Below are positions 35,676-40,260 of a stretch of 40,260 nt of DNA, one piece after another. The DNA comes from a virus (taxonomy: Duplodnaviria; Caudoviricetes), in the IMG/VR virus record IMGVR_UViG_3300025718_000154, positions 1 through 40,260 of that record; one strand, 5' to 3'. Numbering within the stretch: position 1 is the stretch's first letter; the number at the start of each line of letters is the position of its first letter. The notes under the pieces were generated by a model, which made no database searches, was not told where the DNA came from, and saw nothing but the letters and a program-made list of their open reading frames with translations. The position numbers and the translations under genes are program-made.

Positions 35676-36944
35676 TCACCTCCTTTCGTTGATCATTTTG
35701 TAGGTGTCCTCAGCTAGAGCATTAGGCGATACAGAGTCCTCTGTGGATGGGGTTTGACCTGCTTCGGCGAAGTTCAACGGCTGCATGTAAATATCCCCAT
35801 TGGCTATAGGAGTCATGTTTTCAAGCTTCCTAATGTCGTTGACCGATAACCAACCCCACTGTCTGCCTTGCGCATAAGAAGTGGCACGACTTAGAACGTC
35901 CCCTCTCAGAAGGCTGTCGATTTTAAACTCAATATAAAATCCAGCCCTGCGTTCCAGAGGTGTTAAGAGCTGCATATTGATGTTTTCTTCCCACCGTTTG
36001 AACCAGGGCAGCATGGTGTACATAACAAATTCAAGGCTTTGTTGTTCAATGTTTGAAAAGGTGGCTCTATCTAAATTCTGTATCAGGTGCAAAGGTACTC
36101 GATAGATCCGAGCTACGTCTTCCAACTGAAATTTTTTGTTCTCGATCAGTTGAGCATCCGCTGGCTTGATCGATAATTGACTAAACTTCGCGCCGCCTTC
36201 TAAGATGATGGGCTTACCAGTATTGGCCAGGCCCTGATAACTTTTGGCGAAGTCCTTTTTCAGACGTTCATACGCAGTATCTGCCAGTGCACCTGGATAC
36301 TCAATCACCCCTGACGAATTGGCCCCATTTTTATAGAAGTTGATACCAAAGCGCTCATACGATAATCCCAAGCGAATGGCCGAAGAGACATACTCAATCG
36401 GAGACAACCCCACAACACCGTCCATGCTCATTCCGGCGACGTGAAAAACCTGATCTCTTGATAACTCGAGTTGTTTCGTTCCATCCCGAATCTTGTAGAC
36501 TAACCTGTTCGTGGCGAGGTCTCGGGTGATCGTTACCTTCGACCATTCGTAGGGATATAGCCCCACGAGATCACCATATTTGTTAACTAACTTTTGGCTG
36601 ACGGAGTTGCCGCCAAGGTTTAGAGAAACCATACAGGTTTCTTTGAAATTGAACGGAGACATTTCTTCGTTGGGCTGGTTATGCAGAATATCGTAGATGG
36701 CTAGGTCATTTCTGGTTTCGCGGTCTCCATTCTCCTTCTTCCGGTAAAGCATCACGGGTGTACCGGCCAATGCTTCTGCAAGGACCCTTACACAAGCAAA
36801 AACAGCCGTGTATTTCATGGCTGCTCTAGAATCCATTTGGCCTGGATGGTCTAAGTCTGAAACGTCGTCGCCATTTAAGAAGCGTTGAATGTAGTCGTCA
36901 AAGCCTTGACCGAAGAAGAATTTAGCGCGTTGGAAGAATTTCAA
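35676..36944 (-). CDS. Portal protein, HK97 family
   Basis: 'AVFACV', 'QPNEEM', 'GLSPI', 'ILEGG', 'ATFSNIEQ', 'NDIRKLEN'. Confidence 0.95.
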   Translation of the reverse strand: MKFFQRAKFFFGQGFDDYIQRFLNGDDVSDLDHPGQMDSRAAMKYTAVFACVRVLAEALAGTPVMLYRKKENGDRETRNDLAIYDILHNQPNEEMSPFNFKETCMVSLNLGGNSVSQKLVNKYGDLVGLYPYEWSKVTITRDLATNRLVYKIRDGTKQLELSRDQVFHVAGMSMDGVVGLSPIEYVSSAIRLGLSYERFGINFYKNGANSSGVIEYPGALADTAYERLKKDFAKSYQGLANTGKPIILEGGAKFSQLSIKPADAQLIENKKFQLEDVARIYRVPLHLIQNLDRATFSNIEQQSLEFVMYTMLPWFKRWEENINMQLLTPLERRAGFYIEFKIDSLLRGDVLSRATSYAQGRQWGWLSVNDIRKLENMTPIANGDIYMQPLNFAEAGQTPSTEDSVSPNALAEDTYKMINERR

Positions 36945-37077
36945 ATATTATCACCTCCTTGTATAGCCTGCTTCCATAGAGTAGCTATAATTATTGGGCT
37001 ATCCATGCTGAAGAGACCCAATGTATGTGTAATCGTTGTTTCCATGTAATAATTAAAAGTTTATGCTCTAATTTAGA

Positions 37078-37102
37078 AGGAAAATAGTGTCAAATGTAGA
37101 AT
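37078..37102 (+). promoter_or_regulatory. Possible SigH-type promoter of the GTPase moron
   Basis: AGGA-17 nt-GAAT, 43 nt upstream of the ATG; short motif, weak support. Confidence 0.35.
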
Positions 37103-37144
37103 ATAGTCAATAGTAAATTAATACAATTGCTTGGAGGAGACAGA

Positions 37145-38182
37145 ATGGATAACAATAACGAAAATCAATTTAACGAAAAGCAGTATAGAAAGTCTGTGGA
37201 CGACGCATATGAACAAGAACTGAATGAAATAAATGCCCAACTTGAAAAAGAGATCCTTTTTGCGTTAGTAGGTGATGTGAATGTTGGCAAATCTTCCACA
37301 GTTAATCAAATTATGGGTGAAGATGTCGCTAAGGTTGGGGCAAAACCCGGCGAAACAGTAGAAATTGGAAGATATCAATATAAGGGAAAAGACAAAATCG
37401 TTTTTATTGATACTCCGGGGTTAAATGACATCAACCAGGGTAATTCCAATGAGACTATTGATTATTACAAGAATGCGGATGTAATTTTGTTCCTATTGAA
37501 TTCCGCTGGTACTGTCTTTTCAAATGAAGAAAAAAAATGTTTTGATCAAATTCAGAAGATTAACAAGCACATTGTTATTGTATTGAATAAAATAGATGCA
37601 ACTAGCGAATCCGACATCCAGATTCAAACTAAGTTCATAGTAGAAAATGTTGGTAGCAGTTACCCGATAATACCTATCTCGTCGAAAAATGGACAGAATA
37701 TTGATAAACTAAGAGACGTTGTGCTAAATGTGCTGAAAGTGAAAGGGAAGGATATTCTTTTTTCTCGATTTCTAAAGGATAAATCACCTATTGCAAATAA
37801 ATGGATTATAGGGGCGGCTGCTTCAGCCGGAGCAATAGGACTTTCTCCATTACCCGGATCAGATATTATTCCAATTACATCGATACAGGTTGGTCTTTTA
37901 ATTAAGTTAGCCACACTTTACGACAAGCCAATATCAAAAGAAACAGCTAAAGAGCTAATAATATCAACGATAGTTGGCAACGTAAGTAAAACCATCTTTA
38001 GGCAAATCTTAAAATTTATTCCAGTAGCTGGAGAAATAGTAGGTGCTGCTGTAGCGGGTACTATGACCGCTACCTTAGGATATGCGGTTAAATACGCATA
38101 TGAAAACAACATTGAACTTGATCCAACTAGCTTAAAGGCAATTTTTGAAATGATGGCTAAAAAGAAGACTCAATCTGCCTAG
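37145..38182 (+). CDS. Era/MMR_HSR1-like GTPase with C-terminal DUF697-like hydrophobic domain (moron)
   Basis: G1 'GDVNVGKSS', G2 'PGET', G3 'DTPG', G4 'NKID', G5 'ISSK'; Gly/Ala-rich 'AAASAGAIGLSPLPGSD..IQ' and 'LKFIPVAG'; ATG after GGAGG. Confidence 0.9.
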   Translation: MDNNNENQFNEKQYRKSVDDAYEQELNEINAQLEKEILFALVGDVNVGKSSTVNQIMGEDVAKVGAKPGETVEIGRYQYKGKDKIVFIDTPGLNDINQGNSNETIDYYKNADVILFLLNSAGTVFSNEEKKCFDQIQKINKHIVIVLNKIDATSESDIQIQTKFIVENVGSSYPIIPISSKNGQNIDKLRDVVLNVLKVKGKDILFSRFLKDKSPIANKWIIGAAASAGAIGLSPLPGSDIIPITSIQVGLLIKLATLYDKPISKETAKELIISTIVGNVSKTIFRQILKFIPVAGEIVGAAVAGTMTATLGYAVKYAYENNIELDPTSLKAIFEMMAKKKTQSA

Positions 38183-38257
38183 TTATTACTCTCTTTACTT
38201 GATAGCCATCAACATCAACCTCACTTAAAGAGTACTCCTTACATTGAAGATGAAGTA

Positions 38258-38287
38258 GATGCTCTTTAGTGAATACTAAAGAGCATC
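38258..38287. terminator. Hairpin between the convergent GTPase and terL genes
   Basis: GATGCTCTTTAGT-gaat-ACTAAAGAGCATC. Confidence 0.7.
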
Positions 38288-38334
38288 ACATACCACTTGT
38301 AATCCACCTTTTTAGTTGAAGAATTATAATTCCC

Positions 38335-39936
38335 TTACAGTATCAGCAATCCACGCTTATCATAAATACTCCCACCATCATCCTTATGTCTTAAAGCTCT
38401 GTCCAGAGCCATAATAAGCGCTACAGCACCGTCAATTCGTTCGGTGCTTTTTTCTTTATCCGGTTTGATATTCCCCGCGGGGTCGGTTCTGACATAGATG
38501 TTATCCATCATCCAGCGTAACGCCGGATTGCCGCCATGGGCTATTTTTTCATCCATAGTCAGCCTCATCAATTCCTTCGTTGAAGGAGACATATCCTTAA
38601 ATCCCTGCCCAAACGGCACCACTGTAAAACCCAAACCCTCTAAGTTCTGAGACATTTGCACTGCGCCCCAGCGGTCAAAGGCAATCTCGCGGATGTTATA
38701 GTTAACTCCAAGTTGTTCAATGAAGGTTTCAATAAATCCGTAGTGAACGACGTTACCCTCTGTTGTTTTAATAAAACCTTGCTGCTCCCAAGTATCGTAG
38801 GGCACGTGATCGCGTAGCACTCGCTTGTCCATATTGACTTTAGGTATCCAAAAGAAGGGCACAACTTGATATAAGGCGTCCTCGTCGTTTGGTGGGAATA
38901 CTAGGACAAAGGCAGTAATATCAGTCGTACTTGAGAGGTCAAGTCCGGCATAACATTCGCGTCCTTTTAACCTTTCAAAGTCAACTGGAAAGGCACATTT
39001 GTCCCATGCTTCCATAGGCATCCAACGTATTGATTGCTTGACCCAAATACAGAGTCGCAATTGCTTAAAGGAGTTTTCCTCAGCGGGGTTTTGTCTAGCA
39101 TTATCACATGCAATAGCCAGCTTATCTTCAGCAACAGTAATCCCCATGCTTGGATTGGCCTTCCGCCAAGTTTTAGGCTTTGTCCAGTCATCGGTTTCAC
39201 TCGCTGCGTAAATGGTGGGGTAAAAAGTCTTGTCAGTTTTTCTACCTTCTAATATATCAACCGCCTTCTGATGAATCTCGAAACCGATACTGTGTATATC
39301 GTTGCCTGCTGTGGTGATCAGAAAATTTAATGGCTGTCGTCTCGCATCCGACGCGCCTTGAAGCATGACCCGTGCCATTTCTCTATTCGCAACGTGTAAC
39401 TCATCGTAGAGAACGGCATGGGGATTGATACCGTGTTTAGAAAACGCTTCACTTGAAAGAACCTGGTAAAATGAGTTCTTCTCTGGAAAAACAATCCGCT
39501 TCTGTGACGCTACGATCTTTAACCGTTTTTGAAGTGCTGGACACAGACCAATCATATCGACGGCCACCATATAAATTAGACTGGCTTGTGCTCGATCTGC
39601 TGCACAACTGTATATTTCTGCTCCATATTCATCATCCGCCACCAGCATAAACAGGGCGATCGCCGCCCCAAGCTCTGTCTTGCCTTGCTTTTTAGCAATC
39701 TCAACATACGCCGTATTAAACTGACGGTTCCCGTCTTCCTTTACCACACCGAAAATGTTACTAATAATATCCTTTTGCCAATCGAGTAACACAAACGGTT
39801 TGTTATGCCACTCTCCTTTGGTATGCCTAAGGTTTTCAATAAACGCGATCGCATAATCCGCTTTGGCTTCAACATAATGTGAGGTCGGCTGCATAAACCG
39901 GGTTGGAGTAAAGGCTTTCGTGTTTTTTCTAGCCAA
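38335..39936 (-). CDS. terL: Terminase large subunit
   Basis: Walker A 'IAKKQGKT', Walker B 'LYDELH', 'ITTAG', nuclease 'GLDLSSTTD', 'RIDGAVA'. Confidence 0.96.
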   Translation of the reverse strand: MARKNTKAFTPTRFMQPTSHYVEAKADYAIAFIENLRHTKGEWHNKPFVLLDWQKDIISNIFGVVKEDGNRQFNTAYVEIAKKQGKTELGAAIALFMLVADDEYGAEIYSCAADRAQASLIYMVAVDMIGLCPALQKRLKIVASQKRIVFPEKNSFYQVLSSEAFSKHGINPHAVLYDELHVANREMARVMLQGASDARRQPLNFLITTAGNDIHSIGFEIHQKAVDILEGRKTDKTFYPTIYAASETDDWTKPKTWRKANPSMGITVAEDKLAIACDNARQNPAEENSFKQLRLCIWVKQSIRWMPMEAWDKCAFPVDFERLKGRECYAGLDLSSTTDITAFVLVFPPNDEDALYQVVPFFWIPKVNMDKRVLRDHVPYDTWEQQGFIKTTEGNVVHYGFIETFIEQLGVNYNIREIAFDRWGAVQMSQNLEGLGFTVVPFGQGFKDMSPSTKELMRLTMDEKIAHGGNPALRWMMDNIYVRTDPAGNIKPDKEKSTERIDGAVALIMALDRALRHKDDGGSIYDKRGLLIL

Positions 39937-40021
39937 AATCTCACCCCGACTCTTTAATTACTTCGAGTAGAAATCCACCAAAAAAGAAACCTCCCAATTT
40001 TGAGAAGTCCCTTTGCTTTTT

Positions 40022-40078
40022 TTAGTAGCTGTCAATCCACTCCATTGCCTCTTCAAGGCTGTCGCACTCCCATTCGAG
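40022..40078 (-). pseudogene. Orphan 3' end of a small phage gene
   Basis: LEWECDSLEEAMEWIDSY-stop, preceded by an in-frame stop and followed by a hairpin/T-run at about 39981-40012. Confidence 0.45.
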
Positions 40079-40100
40079 TTACACAATTTACTCATTAGCC

Positions 40101-40170
40101 CTGAAACTGGCACCACAAGCGGATTTCAGATGTGCTTAATTTGCAGACAAACTACGGTCTCGACGTGCCC
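40101..40170 (-). other. rlmD/rumA 3'-end-like sequence (att-like site)
   Basis: Minus strand GGGCACGTCGAGACCGTAGTTTGTCTG.. encodes GHVETVVCLQIKHI-stop, followed by a CTGAAA..TTTCAG inverted repeat. Confidence 0.55.
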
Positions 40171-40260
40171 TGTCTCTGAGACATAAATCTCCTCTTAACC
40201 GAACTAGAAATGATATCCTCCATCGTACGGATACCTGTCATCCTCATATATGAAAACGAA

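Larger units (their letters stand above)
7575..40260 (-). mobile_element. Siphovirus-type prophage (late genes, morons, serine recombinase module); boundaries not resolved in this window
   Basis: Complete syntenic head-tail-lysis module followed by a SHOCT + three-recombinase cassette. Confidence 0.9.

Noticed and set aside
1-40260. CRISPR arrays, tRNA/rRNA genes, IS elements, introns/inteins
   Set aside because: None recognised by eye; TerL, portal and capsid have normal lengths. A covariance-model search would be needed to exclude small RNAs.

Overview
Most of the window (about 16.5-40 kb, minus strand) is the late region of a temperate siphophage prophage from a Clostridia-class Firmicute (host inferred from gene families, RBS and promoter style). 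It runs from TerL, HK97 portal, ClpP-type maturation protease and HK97 capsid through connectors, major tail protein, tail chaperones with a -1 frameshift, tape measure, Dit, tail spike and fibre to the lysis genes. Two plus-strand morons interrupt this module: a GTPase-DUF697-like gene between terL and portal, and a nitroreductase flanked by a 31-bp duplication of the major-tail-gene 3' end. After lysis come a small LexA-box-controlled operon, an AT-rich three-gene plus-strand operon, a DUF429 nuclease and a SHOCT + three-serine-recombinase integration module. In the three-gene operon, a ribbon-helix-helix protein and an Fe-S HhH DNA glycosylase share an unannotated ~100-aa domain (three copies in total). 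Beyond the recombinases are two cargo cassettes (two hypothetical proteins; MTase-DUF262-HEPN), each preceded by an eroded copy of the recombinase 3' end, and a degenerate recombinase 5' end at the left edge. The best candidates for undescribed systems are the shared-domain RHH/glycosylase operon, the MTase-DUF262-HEPN operon and the recombinase-scar cassette array. All family calls come from motif recognition by eye; no searches were run.
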